Position numbers and translations under genes: made by a program. The notes beneath the pieces were generated by a model. The model was not told the origin of the DNA and made no database searches. It saw only the letters and a list, made by a program, of their open reading frames with translations. From Sporopachydermia quercuum (lineage: Eukaryota), in the NCBI GenBank assembly GCA_001599295.1, contig BCGN01000005.1, forward strand, positions 1,240,001 to 1,304,000: DNA of 64,000 nucleotides, given 5' to 3'. Positions 32,500 through 45,753 of the stretch are shown piece by piece (position 1 is the stretch's first letter; the number at the start of each line of letters is the position of its first letter).

Positions 32500-35400
32500 A
32501 TGTCATATAGTTCATGCCGGACTCAGTTAGAATCGTTAACTGAGTCAATGATCAGTACTGATCTTGAACAGACTCTTGAGACTATTTTGGAAGGTTTTGG
32601 AGAATGGCCAATTTATGAGAAATCAGATATCCAACTGTTGATGATAAACAAGTTGATACCTCAATTGATTGGCCTTTCCAACGATGATTCATCCTGGAGA
32701 ATCATAGTGCGCCTTCTCCATGACGCTACTGGACTGAACGCTATAATTGAAGCAACGTTGGGGAGAGTGCGATTACTTTTAGATGGAAAAGCCGATCATG
32801 AATTACTGTCATCAACAAGAAATGGTATTCAAGTACTATTATTAATGATTAATGATATTCTAACTACAACAGACCATCTGGTGCTAGACCTGGTGGTGGG
32901 TGTCGAGAATAGCGATTATATGAAAACTGCTGGTAAACGGGTTCAATTTAGAAATTTGACATCTATTTTCACAGGCAGTAAGCTATTAACAGTGGGAAGT
33001 GAGGCTTATGTTGCTTTATCAAAAACTAGTGCGTTTGAGAGTTCACACGATGTCAACATTACCTGGCAGTGGTTGAGTAAGAAAGAAACATACTGTCAGT
33101 ATTTAGCTGANCAACTGATTCAAGCTATTTACAAGATTAATAATCCTGACTCAACGGAATCTACAGAGCTGACTAAGTTGATACTGGCAGGATTATTATT
33201 TGATTACAATGTGACAAAGAACGTATTACTGTCCATTATAAGGAAAGGCAAACTGAATTGTTTTCTATATTTCTTTTCGTTATTAACGCACAGAGCACAA
33301 GAAAGATTACTTATTAAACATCTGTTAATTTTTATCAACACTACTTTTTTGGATACAAAGACCCAGTATCAGATAGAGGAGAAACAATTAGAAACTACGA
33401 TCGACAGAATTGAATCTCTTACATCAGCTGCCAGCTTCTTATTTGACATTGTAAGTATCAACAACGGACAAGAAAGAAATCTTTTCAAATTAATTTATGA
33501 ACAGTCAATGAACGATGCTCACAGTGTATTACTCAGATATCTAATATCGATGATCGGCCAAAAATTTCCAATAGTTTTACAAGAGTCTTTTTTAGATATT
33601 CTCTCTGTATGGTCATCAATAGCCAGTATCAATCATCTAAGACTATCCATGCAAACAACTATGACAGAACTTATATTATCATCTTTATACTTTTTAGATG
33701 CATCTTTCATCAAAGATAAACTGCTAAGTGATTCTAGTTTTCTCAATGGTGTTACCAATCATTTAGAATCAAGTTCTATAAATATCCGCTTCCTTGGTCT
33801 GATATTTGCCAAAGAAGTCGGCTCAATAGCAGAGAACGAATTATTAAAGTTAGATATAATAAACCTAGAGAATGAATCAGAAAGACTACTATCCACAATA
33901 AAGTGGTGTAATTCTCATCGTGAACTGAAAGATTTCAAAGGTAAAAGAGTCAATCTACCTACCGTCGACGTCGACGCCCTTATAGTTGAAAGCAAAAATA
34001 TTTCTAATTCTCATACAAAGGAATCTAGTAGCGAAACAAATCCTGATTCAATTGCTATAAACCAAAAGATTGAAGAGATCACTGATAAGAAATCCATTCA
34101 AATTCTTCCTCAGAGGTACGAACCTCAAATTTCTTTATACCAAATTCAAGATTCTGACCAGGAGGAGTCTGATACAGAGGATTTAACTATAGAACGAACT
34201 CCAAAACCTAAAGCTCCTATTTATCTGGGAGATCTAGTCGAATACCTTCAAAGTGAGTCTTATGATAAAGTGGAAATAGCTCTCATAAATGGCAGTGAAT
34301 TATTGAGGAAAATGGCTAAATTTGGCACTGAAATTCATGCTAGATCTCAGCAATTGGCTAAACTACTATTAACTCTGCAAGATCAATTTGAATTAGCTGA
34401 TTTTCAAGACATGAGATTGGAAATGCTGATAACTTTGGTTTCAATTGAACCAAGTGTTGTGAAAGCTTGTTTGATTCCTTTAATGTTTGCTGGTGACTTG
34501 TCGTTACAACAAAGAATGATTGCTTTGTCATCAATTACCCTTGGGGCTAGACGTTTAAGAGGATACGATGACAAACTTATTATGACGGACTTGAAGAAAA
34601 AGAAACAGTTTAAAAGCTTGGCTTCCAAAGTGCTACCTCCTTCTGCTCATAGAAGAATGATCAGTGAATTTGATGATCCTTCTTTGTTTGAGAAGCAGTC
34701 AAACAATGATGGTAATCAGTTGACATCTCCAAATGACTCATTGGAGTATATTGATGGAATTACAGAAAGCCTCAACAAGCTATCAGTTAGAAAATCCATG
34801 AATGAGATGGAAATTGTTGATGAAAGAGCCAAGCAGGTTATGGATTCCATTCATGGACCCAAAGTTCTGAGAATCTCTAGAAAACTTTTAAAAGAGAGAC
34901 AGGCCCAGGGAGAACCCCAATCCAGAGAAAATCTATATCTATCTATTGCCAGTGATGGATTTTTTTTCCCTTTGGTTTCAACATGGTATAGATATTCCCA
35001 TAACTCTACTGGGCTATTCAACCTAGGAATATATTCTGATATATTTGCTGGCNATTTCTTGAAAAGTTTAGGTATACTGTTAGAATCAGCATATCCCACA
35101 GTAGTAGATATCAATGACATGGTTAGTGAATTGGTTAAGGTACTATTGACAATGAGAACAGTTGTGTCTGATAGACTTCGCAGTAAATGGGAAGAAAAGA
35201 AGAATAACGTAAAAGGTATATTTGAAGGAATGTTAACTGATACCTCGATTATATTAGATATAATGACATCTGCAGATAATTCTGTTGATATGGTCCGAAG
35301 GTATGGAACAGGAATGCTAGAACTGAGAGAATGGTTTCAAAGTGTATGGGATGATTTCGAGCGAAATCAATATACGGAAAGTATATCAGTTCGATCAACC

Positions 35401-35556
35401 ATGCTGTTAGTAAATAGTGGTACTATCTCATCCATATTGCTTAAGGATGAAACAACAAAAGGAAGTTTGGCTGCATTGCTATTGAGGTTCAACGAGCTGG
35501 TTAACGATAAATGGCGCAGAATACTAATCGGAAGTTTGATGGATACCACTCAATGA
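32500..35556 (+). CDS. TEL2: Telomere length regulation protein Tel2 (TTT complex); start uncertain (ATG 32500 or 32548)
   Basis: FLNGVTNHLESS..IRFLGL, acidic linker DSDQEESDTED, PIYLGDLVEYL, KFGTEI, LQDQFELADFQDMRL, GDLSLQQRMIALSSITLGARRL. Confidence 0.85.
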   Translation: MSYSSCRTQLESLTESMISTDLEQTLETILEGFGEWPIYEKSDIQLLMINKLIPQLIGLSNDDSSWRIIVRLLHDATGLNAIIEATLGRVRLLLDGKADHELLSSTRNGIQVLLLMINDILTTTDHLVLDLVVGVENSDYMKTAGKRVQFRNLTSIFTGSKLLTVGSEAYVALSKTSAFESSHDVNITWQWLSKKETYCQYLAXQLIQAIYKINNPDSTESTELTKLILAGLLFDYNVTKNVLLSIIRKGKLNCFLYFFSLLTHRAQERLLIKHLLIFINTTFLDTKTQYQIEEKQLETTIDRIESLTSAASFLFDIVSINNGQERNLFKLIYEQSMNDAHSVLLRYLISMIGQKFPIVLQESFLDILSVWSSIASINHLRLSMQTTMTELILSSLYFLDASFIKDKLLSDSSFLNGVTNHLESSSINIRFLGLIFAKEVGSIAENELLKLDIINLENESERLLSTIKWCNSHRELKDFKGKRVNLPTVDVDALIVESKNISNSHTKESSSETNPDSIAINQKIEEITDKKSIQILPQRYEPQISLYQIQDSDQEESDTEDLTIERTPKPKAPIYLGDLVEYLQSESYDKVEIALINGSELLRKMAKFGTEIHARSQQLAKLLLTLQDQFELADFQDMRLEMLITLVSIEPSVVKACLIPLMFAGDLSLQQRMIALSSITLGARRLRGYDDKLIMTDLKKKKQFKSLASKVLPPSAHRRMISEFDDPSLFEKQSNNDGNQLTSPNDSLEYIDGITESLNKLSVRKSMNEMEIVDERAKQVMDSIHGPKVLRISRKLLKERQAQGEPQSRENLYLSIASDGFFFPLVSTWYRYSHNSTGLFNLGIYSDIFAGXFLKSLGILLESAYPTVVDINDMVSELVKVLLTMRTVVSDRLRSKWEEKKNNVKGIFEGMLTDTSIILDIMTSADNSVDMVRRYGTGMLELREWFQSVWDDFERNQYTESISVRSTMLLVNSGTISSILLKDETTKGSLAALLLRFNELVNDKWRRILIGSLMDTTQ

Positions 35557-35604
35557 GTCATAGTGAATGATAAGTTCTTATTGAGATACAGTTGCAGCTG
35601 GATG

Positions 35605-35619
35605 TATATATATATATAT
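35605..35619. repeat. (TA)n microsatellite just 3' of TEL2, possibly a polyadenylation efficiency element
   Basis: tatatatatatatat about 50 nt after the TEL2 stop. Confidence 0.6.
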
Positions 35620-36113
35620 GCGATATGGTATACACATCCATCNCCATCTTCANCTCCGTCCTATATACTATAAGTCCTTTTCTTCTCTCCCTTTACTAAG
35701 TAATGTCACTACTGTTAGGTGATTTACCTAAAAGGGATAATCGCAAACATCAATCAAAATTTCGTTTGTATAGAAGTTAGAACATAGCCTCGTATTTCAT
35801 TCATATTAGTGAAATTAAGCTTCTTGTATACTGTAATTGATACAAACCTAATTGTTACCCCTTCATTTGCGTAAACTTTGAACCTGTGTAAACCTTAATG
35901 TTTGAACAATTTGTAATACCTGTGAAGTCAAGTACTATACTTACATCATCAACATAACATCTCTGTATTATTATCACNTACTCAAAAGAATTCTGAATAC
36001 TTGAATTCAAGTCTTGATACATGATTTGTATTACCAATATATAGTCATCAATATTTCAACGTAGTTGACCACAGTAAGATAATTTACTGTCTTTTCATAT
36101 TAGAAACATCACC

Positions 36114-37309
36114 ATGTCCTTTTTAGCCAAATTTGCTGCTAAACTTGTATGTAGAGACTACTGATTTTACAATTGCATTTGCATAATCTATCTTCTAGGA
36201 ACGACCTAGTAAGCACTACATTATCCTATTTGAACATACTAACAATACTTCTAGTTTATTTCAAAAAAAGTAGCAACCTCAGTTGGATTAGAAGATCCAT
36301 TCTATGAAGAAGTATGATACCGTTCACTTACCCTTTTTTCTACCATATGCAAGTTTCCAACATCATCAATATTAACTTATATGTTTCTTCTTTCTATTGC
36401 AGATTCCAGAATCAGAGCTAGGTAAAAAGAAACCAGGATCAAAANGAAAGAAACCTATTCCTTTAGGAATCTCTAGAAATGATGCAAGGGTTTTAAGCAA
36501 AGTGAAAAAGAAAGCATGGAGACAAGACATGCTTTTCAACTTCTGTGGTTTTCGTGTGGGATGGTGTGGAATTATATCAATAATACCTATGTATGTTGAA
36601 CTGAAGGTGTATTTCAGATTTGTTTATTATCCTTCCCAGTAAGTACAGAACAGAATATTCAACCACACTAACAATCTTTAAGAATTGGTGATCTATTTGC
36701 TTTCCTTCTTGCTTATGGCATTATTTCAAAAGCTGAGAAAATTGACAATGGTTTACCTACAAATATAAGGTCAGAGATGATGGGTAACATCGTACTAGAT
36801 TTTTTAATTGGTTTAATCCCTATCATGGGAATTTTCCTCAATATTGCTTATAAAGCAAGTTGCAGAAATGCTTTAATTCTGGAGAAGCATTTGAAAAAAA
36901 TTGGACAAGAGAACATTGTAAGTATGGCAAATATGCACTTGGTTAGTCACTTCTGACCTGACCAAAGAGGTCTGCAGTGTGACTGTTAGATTGCTACTAT
37001 CACCTACACAGTTCCCTTTGCTTACCACTTTCTCTAACGCCCGCACTTTAGCGAACAGGAAATTTGCCTCAAGACCCACCAGAACAACATTGGTCTATAT
37101 TTTTTTGGAAGAATGGCAACAAGAAAACACCCAACGAGGTTATTTCAGATTTACCCCCAGAGAGTAATTTGAAAAACTCACTTAAAGTAAGAAATACTAA
37201 CTATCCGAAAGGATATATCAATCAAAAGAATGGAGAGATCAACATGGAATCAAAATCCAATAGTTCCTTTAATGCAGCTAAGCTATCTTCTCCAAATACG
37301 ACGGTTTGA
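36114..37309 (+). CDS. DUF4112-family small membrane protein; exons 36114-36146, 36255-36311, 36403-36590, 36683-36917, 37052-37309
   Basis: Spliced translation MSFLAKFAAKLFISKKVATSVGLEDPFYEEIP...KPIPLGISRNDARVLSKVKKKAWRQD...GFRVGWCGIISIIPIIGD...GLP...MMGNIVLDFLIGLIPIMG...YKASCRNALILE fits the fungal DUF4112 pattern. Four GT-AG introns keep the frame. Confidence 0.82.
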
Positions 37310-37670
37310 AGTGCAATACCGCACATAATAGTAAGTGACTTATCATCGTGTTTATACTACTGATCGCATACTGCACGTAGTTTTAATAGCCAACTACCAT
37401 GACTAATAACCATACAAACTTATAACCAGTTTATTCCGTAATGCAACTTAAAACCAAACATGCTCGTTCATGTTTTATTCTTTCATTCTTCCAATATACA
37501 AAAATACACATCCACGATAATTCAGCAGAATTTATATTCTATTTACATTTGTTCTCTTCTATCGCAGTTCGTGGAAATGAAATTCCAACCTAACTTACTA
37601 ATAGAGAATCAAATACCAGTTGGCATGGTATACATAATAATGTACATAATATATTCATACTTAGTCGTAA

Positions 37671-40600
37671 TTAGTTAGTTAACATAACTTTCTTAGGTCT
37701 CAATGACATCCTTCCTGCCGACCTAACAACAATCACAGCTTCAATTTTTTGCTTTCTTGGTCTGCCTCGTTTTCTTTTCACAGGAACATCAACTAGTTTC
37801 TCACTTTTGGGTTTTCGACCTCTTTTCATTCCTCCCGCTTTGACAACCGTAGGATTTGGTCTTGGTTTTCTTCCAGTACGACTTTTTGTTTTAATCATCT
37901 TTTCTTTCTTCACTTTCTTTTTTACTNCTTCCTTTACTTTCTTTACCTTGGTTTTCGTTTGCTTTCTGGTTCTAGATTTTCTACTTGATCTCAGGTTGAA
38001 CTTCGGTCTGTTTTTCCTCTTCTTTCTGTTTGCTTCAACTATGAACGTTCGCTTCATCATTTCTTCCTGCAATTGTTTTAATTGATAGATGCTTCTTCTA
38101 AAACAAGGTGAAAAATCAGTATCAGATAACTCATCTTCGTCGTCATCTACTTCATTATTACTACCATCAGTATCGTCACCACTGTCATCAGTACCTTCTT
38201 CACTATCATCCTCATTACCGTCGCTTTCTGTATATTCATCACTAGTACCATCCGCACTAATATCATGATTATCACAATCAGAATCGGTTCCTATTTCCAT
38301 ATCATTACACCTTTCACTTTCACTTTCACTCCCACTCTCACTCTCACTCTCAGCACCTGCCTCAAACTTGGGTTTATTATTCTCTTCATCGCTATCAGGA
38401 TCTAATATAGTTGGTCTATCATTGCTTGATAACCCAACATAAGGCCAGAGTCTACCATAAAGCATATAATGTCTATAACAATTAGGACAAAACTTGAAAC
38501 TTGAGCCATCAAACTCTTTCTTATAAAAAAATATTCCACAGTTAATACAGTCAAACAAGTTGCTCATGACTAGCTTGACAACAGATTTATCTGGATAATC
38601 TTCACAACGACTCAACCTAACAAGTCTTGATGCTGATAATAGCCTATAACATTTACGTAATAAAATGTCTTTCTCGGACAAATCTTCATAACCAGAAAAC
38701 ACATCAATGAGCGGTAAACCAGGATCATGGCACTTGATTCCTTTCGAATAATTCCCATCTGAATTCATGCTAAAGTGTGCTGAGAATGCTTTATAAGGTA
38801 GGTCTAAAGATTGCTTCAATAATGGAGCCATAATACTTTCATTACCAAGGTTATCAATATTAGATAATAGGAATTTTTCAACCAAAGATTCGCCACCATT
38901 GAACTGAGTAAATTTTGGATCACGTTTGATGAGAAGATTCGCGTTGTTACGCGGACGAAGAACCCGCTTTTGTTCAGGTTCAGGGGTTCCCCTGTATTCA
39001 CCATTTCCATTTCTAGTGGCAATATCGGCATTCTCGCTACTACCAAAACTTGACTTATGCTCAATGCTGCTGCCATCATTGGAGTTTATGATATTAGTGT
39101 TTATTTTCGCAAGGGTTTCAATATTATTGGTATATTCGTTCTCACTATTATCAGCTTTAGCAAAAATACTACCACTGATGATACTAGTAGAATGAAAATT
39201 GCCATCAATCTTATTTTCAAAAAGACTTTTATCTTGAAGAGCAGCAACAAGATCAACTTCATTTTTCATTTCCAGTTCACTATCGTTCAAGTGTTTATGT
39301 GCAAACTCATTATGATCACTACCACTTGCTTCTGGAGACGGATAGAAATAGGACGGAAGAGAATTAGAGCTATTTTTCTGTAACTGCGAATTTAAATAAC
39401 TTGTTTTCCTCATCTGCTGTTTGACAGTTATGCATTCGTGTCTGATGAAATCGTCATCCGAGTTCATGTTTGAATCAATTGGTGGAGTTTCTAGGTCTCC
39501 ACTTAACCTCTCTCTGATATTGACATTTACAGTCTTCCTTTTAAGTAAATCCCTATTGTTCTTTTTTATATTCTGTAAAGCCAATTCTAAATCATCGACA
39601 ATCACATCATCAGATTCAGATCCGGACTCTGAATTGTTGATTGAATTACAGTTCGAATGTAAAGTAGAATGGATAGCAGAGTTTACAACAGATCCTTCAA
39701 CGGTAGAAGATTCTCTGAATTCAATATCGCTCAGGACATTTGGTTGAGACTTCAACCGTGTTTTATTACCTTCGCTGGTATTATTATCGTCATCCTCTTC
39801 CTCTTTATCATCATCGTCGTCATCATTTTGATTTCTTTCCATATTGTATGCACCACGAGTTTCACGTTCACAACTGGCACATAAACATTCTTTATTCCTT
39901 TTACCAAAATAATTCTCTGCATACCTGACAGTGATCTCTTCACCTTTTAAAATTGGCCTTGTTGCTCTGATTTCCATTTTCAAACCTTTTGAAATAAACT
40001 TAGCATTAGCTTTGCAATCATGATTAACTAATCTTGCTGGTCCTAACATAAGACAATCAGTGCCTCTTCTGCTGGTTTTGATGATTGAGAAGTCCCTTCC
40101 TTTATTCAATTCTTCAACTTCTGCATCAGTTAGAACGACTAATAGCCCTGTTAAGTATCTGATTTCCTCATTTGTTTGAAAATACTTCCTAGCAACAATG
40201 CATGCCTCTACTGAACTTTCCTCATATTCTTCCTCTTTTCCAACTTTGAACTCTGGGAATACATAATCCTGACTCTTATCACGAGTTGGTCTTGAATAAC
40301 GATAACGATCAGTCGTTTGAACGTCAAATCCGCATTCTGGCAAATATATCTGAAAGTATCTTTTGCAATGTCTTGTAAATTGGCTTTTTACGCTCGAGGA
40401 GCTGAATCGTTTGATAAAAGATTGAACTGAAGGGAACGCAATGAATAGTTCAATACATCTTGCCAGACTTTCGTTTGTTTTTGCTTGGGTAATTCCTTTA
40501 GTTAAACTTCTACTATTGTTATGTTTTGCAGGAGATTTGCTTCGAGCTTTAGCATTGCTACTAATTAATTTCCTTCTTTTTCTTCCCGTTGATCCTCTTG

Positions 40601-40847
40601 TATTATAGTTGCTATTGTCTTCAGAATCATCATCACCTTCTTCAGAATCAGATAGATATGGTGATAGGACTTTATTTATTAGTTCCTCTTTGATGAGACT
40701 TGCAATTTGCTCCTGCGACACTCCTCTTAATGGTTTGTTGCGTAGAACTTTCCTTATCTTCGACCAGTAATGTACTTGGTCAATAAGTGCATAAGTAAGG
40801 AAATCATCAATAAGGGAGAAATCACGACCACTTAATCCTCCACTCAT
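37671..40847 (-). CDS. SET9: Histone H4K20 methyltransferase, Set9/KMT5 family
   Basis: N-terminal DDFLTYALIDQVHYWSKIRK; SET domain LMLGPARLVNHDC...GEEITVRYAENYFG; post-SET CLCASCE; C-terminal CINC...CPNCYRHYMLYGRLWP; AT-hook KRKRGRPRK. Confidence 0.9.
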   Translation of the reverse strand: MSGGLSGRDFSLIDDFLTYALIDQVHYWSKIRKVLRNKPLRGVSQEQIASLIKEELINKVLSPYLSDSEEGDDDSEDNSNYNTRGSTGRKRRKLISSNAKARSKSPAKHNNSRSLTKGITQAKTNESLARCIELFIAFPSVQSFIKRFSSSSVKSQFTRHCKRYFQIYLPECGFDVQTTDRYRYSRPTRDKSQDYVFPEFKVGKEEEYEESSVEACIVARKYFQTNEEIRYLTGLLVVLTDAEVEELNKGRDFSIIKTSRRGTDCLMLGPARLVNHDCKANAKFISKGLKMEIRATRPILKGEEITVRYAENYFGKRNKECLCASCERETRGAYNMERNQNDDDDDDKEEEDDDNNTSEGNKTRLKSQPNVLSDIEFRESSTVEGSVVNSAIHSTLHSNCNSINNSESGSESDDVIVDDLELALQNIKKNNRDLLKRKTVNVNIRERLSGDLETPPIDSNMNSDDDFIRHECITVKQQMRKTSYLNSQLQKNSSNSLPSYFYPSPEASGSDHNEFAHKHLNDSELEMKNEVDLVAALQDKSLFENKIDGNFHSTSIISGSIFAKADNSENEYTNNIETLAKINTNIINSNDGSSIEHKSSFGSSENADIATRNGNGEYRGTPEPEQKRVLRPRNNANLLIKRDPKFTQFNGGESLVEKFLLSNIDNLGNESIMAPLLKQSLDLPYKAFSAHFSMNSDGNYSKGIKCHDPGLPLIDVFSGYEDLSEKDILLRKCYRLLSASRLVRLSRCEDYPDKSVVKLVMSNLFDCINCGIFFYKKEFDGSSFKFCPNCYRHYMLYGRLWPYVGLSSNDRPTILDPDSDEENNKPKFEAGAESESESGSESESERCNDMEIGTDSDCDNHDISADGTSDEYTESDGNEDDSEEGTDDSGDDTDGSNNEVDDDEDELSDTDFSPCFRRSIYQLKQLQEEMMKRTFIVEANRKKRKNRPKFNLRSSRKSRTRKQTKTKVKKVKEXVKKKVKKEKMIKTKSRTGRKPRPNPTVVKAGGMKRGRKPKSEKLVDVPVKRKRGRPRKQKIEAVIVVRSAGRMSLRPKKVMLTN

Positions 40848-41760
40848 CTCGATGATTCCCAGTTGATAATGATAGCTATTTCACAGATTCAAAATAAACA
40901 ACACTATTTTCCATTTGCAGCTTCGCTTCTTCAGAACATGCTACTAATACTTTATATAATGATAATCAATAAGTTCTACCTATATTATGAAACAAACAAC
41001 TAAAGGGATTAGTACCGCCCTCGGACACCAATGTCACACGTCGTGGAAAATATGTTGGTGACACTTATACAGCATCAGAAAACGACTGACGGCTTTAAGA
41101 AATAGCAAAAATAATCCAACCCTGTAATCGGGAACATCATCTTATATTAACATGATGTCAAGATTATATTAAAGGACGTTAGATTTGTTGATTCAATATT
41201 ACCTATATTTCTTGTCAAAATAGTGATTTTCCTGTCAATAATATCGTAAATAATCTCAAAAGGGTAATCTACTAACCTTAAAACTGTGCCTGCCGGAGGC
41301 CGCATTTGTATACATGGAAATAAATAAGAAGATGGGAGGACAGGACGTAGATGGATGTTGAATGAACTGAAGAAGGTGCGAGAGCATTGGCATTGCATTT
41401 CTTGTTTATTCTAGGATTAGTTAGTGACTTTTTGGTGATACTTGGGATGAGAATTTGTGGACTTTTATCGACTTCTTTCCGAGAATGTCTTCCTTAATTA
41501 CTTGTGAAGTCTATATACTAGACTGCATGTTATATGCAGTTTTCAGTATTCTATTTACATGTGTTCTACTTAGCTCAATTTCAACAACATTACACCCAAA
41601 TGAGCGAAGGAATATGAATGAAGAATTGCATACTCTCGCTGACGATTTTCTGCAATCAGACTGGAGAGTATATGTTAAATATCAAAAATAGTTCGTAGTT
41701 TGAGCAGTATTTTTGCTAAATTTTAATACTTATTCTATAGTCATGCGACTGCACTATAAA

Positions 41761-41787
41761 TGAAGTCATGCAAGTGAAGTCATGCAA
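41761..41787. repeat. 14-bp tandem duplication TGAAGTCATGCAAG
   Basis: tgaagtcatgcaag tgaagtcatgcaa. Confidence 0.75.
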
Positions 41788-43536
41788 ACTTTGAAACTGC
41801 ACTTGACGTTCAGTTTGTCACTCGATCTTCTGCATGTCATGGGACACTTGATGATTGGGAAGGAAATAGCATTTACTAATGAGTGGATTACGGAAAGAAG
41901 GAAGGAGAATTAACCGATAGGTGGAGTTGAAAATGACCCGAAATGTTGGAACGTTTTCTCAAGATTTAGTGTCTTGAAATTAAGCTGGAACAGATGTCAC
42001 GAAGTAGTAAAAGCCAATCATATGAACCTACTCTTAACAATGAAATAGTCTCCGAAATTTCCCGAGACTATTATATCTTTTCCGAAAAGTTTCTACCCAG
42101 ATGAGCAACTTATTCAAAAATCAATCGAAACAATTAGTTCTTTCGAGATAGATACTAACTATAATAAGCTCATATTTCATCTAGCNAGACATTTTTTCTT
42201 TTCCTATAATCATAGAGCGCTACTAATTTACATATCCCTGTTAATACTCAGACTATTACAAGAAGTTCCTTATTTTAGTGTCGCTGCAACACAACTACGA
42301 CTACTATCACAGTTCACTGATCATTATCAATATAGCAAATGCACATATATTCCGTTTACACGAAATCAAATATAAAATAAAAAAATATATATAATTATAG
42401 AATTATCTGATTCAATTCTTTCTATCTTTTTCTTTCCAACCAGCAGCAGAATTACATTTATATACAAGCCTTCGACAACCAGTGAGTAAGCGTAGCCACT
42501 ATAAAACAGAATCCGGACTAAACTCGCTTGATATAAAATAATTCCTCACATTTCGTTTCCTTTCCTTCCCTTCCATTTTCTTTCATCTTCAGCTTCTATT
42601 AAATTGAACTGAGAGAAAACAACACAACTAAAAAAATAACCCATTCACGACTTTCTTTCTATAAAAGCCCAGATATAATACTTCTCTTCGTTTTATCGTA
42701 CTTTAAAGCGAACCTTCAAATCATTGAACCCCCACAACAAAACAAACAAATGCCAAGTAATGTGAGGTAAATGATTCACAACAAATATAACCAAGAAGTA
42801 ACCATTAAGTACGAGAAATAGATAAATTGTAATAGCTCGCCATCGCAAGTATTCCATCCATATATATTTCCCTGTACAGACTTCTTTCAAACCATTTCAT
42901 TTCCATTTCTTTTCTTTCATCAGCCCTCTTACCAAAAATAAAATAACTTTCTATAATAATACAACAAACGCCAAGTATAGATTCGTTCCACGAACCAAAT
43001 GCGATCAATAATAATACAGAAAAGATTAACACATATATAAATACCCAGAGGAGACAATAAACCAAAAGATGAAATGAAATAATAACCCATAATTCTATCA
43101 ATAAACCGTTATACCCATAGAAAACTCTTTCAAACGTAAATGAAGATGCAAATGAAACGAAGAAATAATGAAACAAAAATTAAACACTCTTTTTATCCAT
43201 AGAGTTTCAGACAATAGAAAGAACCAGATTTTAAATCGAATCAGTATCAACAATATTCAACAAATAAAGATGTGCAGTTGAAATAGCAATTTAGCAAATA
43301 AAAAATAATGTGTAAAGCGTCTACCCAACGATTGGCGATGCAGTAATGAATGATGTGATCAAGAGAAACGATAGACAATCACTCACAATACATAGAAAAA
43401 CATGAGTGGTAGGCAAACAAACAAAATGACAACAGAAAAGGAAGCAAACAATAAATAGATGATATAAAAATATAGCGACTTAAGCAGTTGATATGACACA
43501 GCCACTTAAACAGCAATACGGCGATCATCATCCAGT

Positions 43537-45456
<1,920 letters not shown>

Positions 45457-45680
45457 CTATACTTTATAGCAGTACTTAATATCAATACAAGTATATCCTT
45501 TGTACGAATTTATATTTATAATATATCCAATAAGGATTTCTTTTTATTATATTTACAAAAACTGTAGATATGTCCTTCTTCCAAGAAACAAGTAGAAGTA
45601 GCAAATAAATACGAAGAACACACAGCGTGTAATCCTTTTTATGTATCTGTTCTTTGGTTAGAAAAGTTTGCCTATAGAGG

Positions 45681-45753
45681 AAAATTTTTTCATTATGTAA
45701 GATGAGGCTAAGTTACCCTTCGGAGATGGCAAATTTCGGAGATGATGATGAGG
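45681..45753. promoter_or_regulatory. RRPE and PAC-like ribosome-biogenesis elements in the DED1 promoter
   Basis: AAAATTTTTTCA 45681-45692 (RRPE); GATGAG at 45701-45706 and ~45747-45752; TTCGGAGATG twice. Confidence 0.55.

Noticed and set aside
42693..43176. Hydrophobic 123-aa and 65-aa ORFs downstream of DED1
   Set aside because: The F/L/I/V/Y-rich translation follows from the U-rich strand skew; no motif and non-ATG starts.
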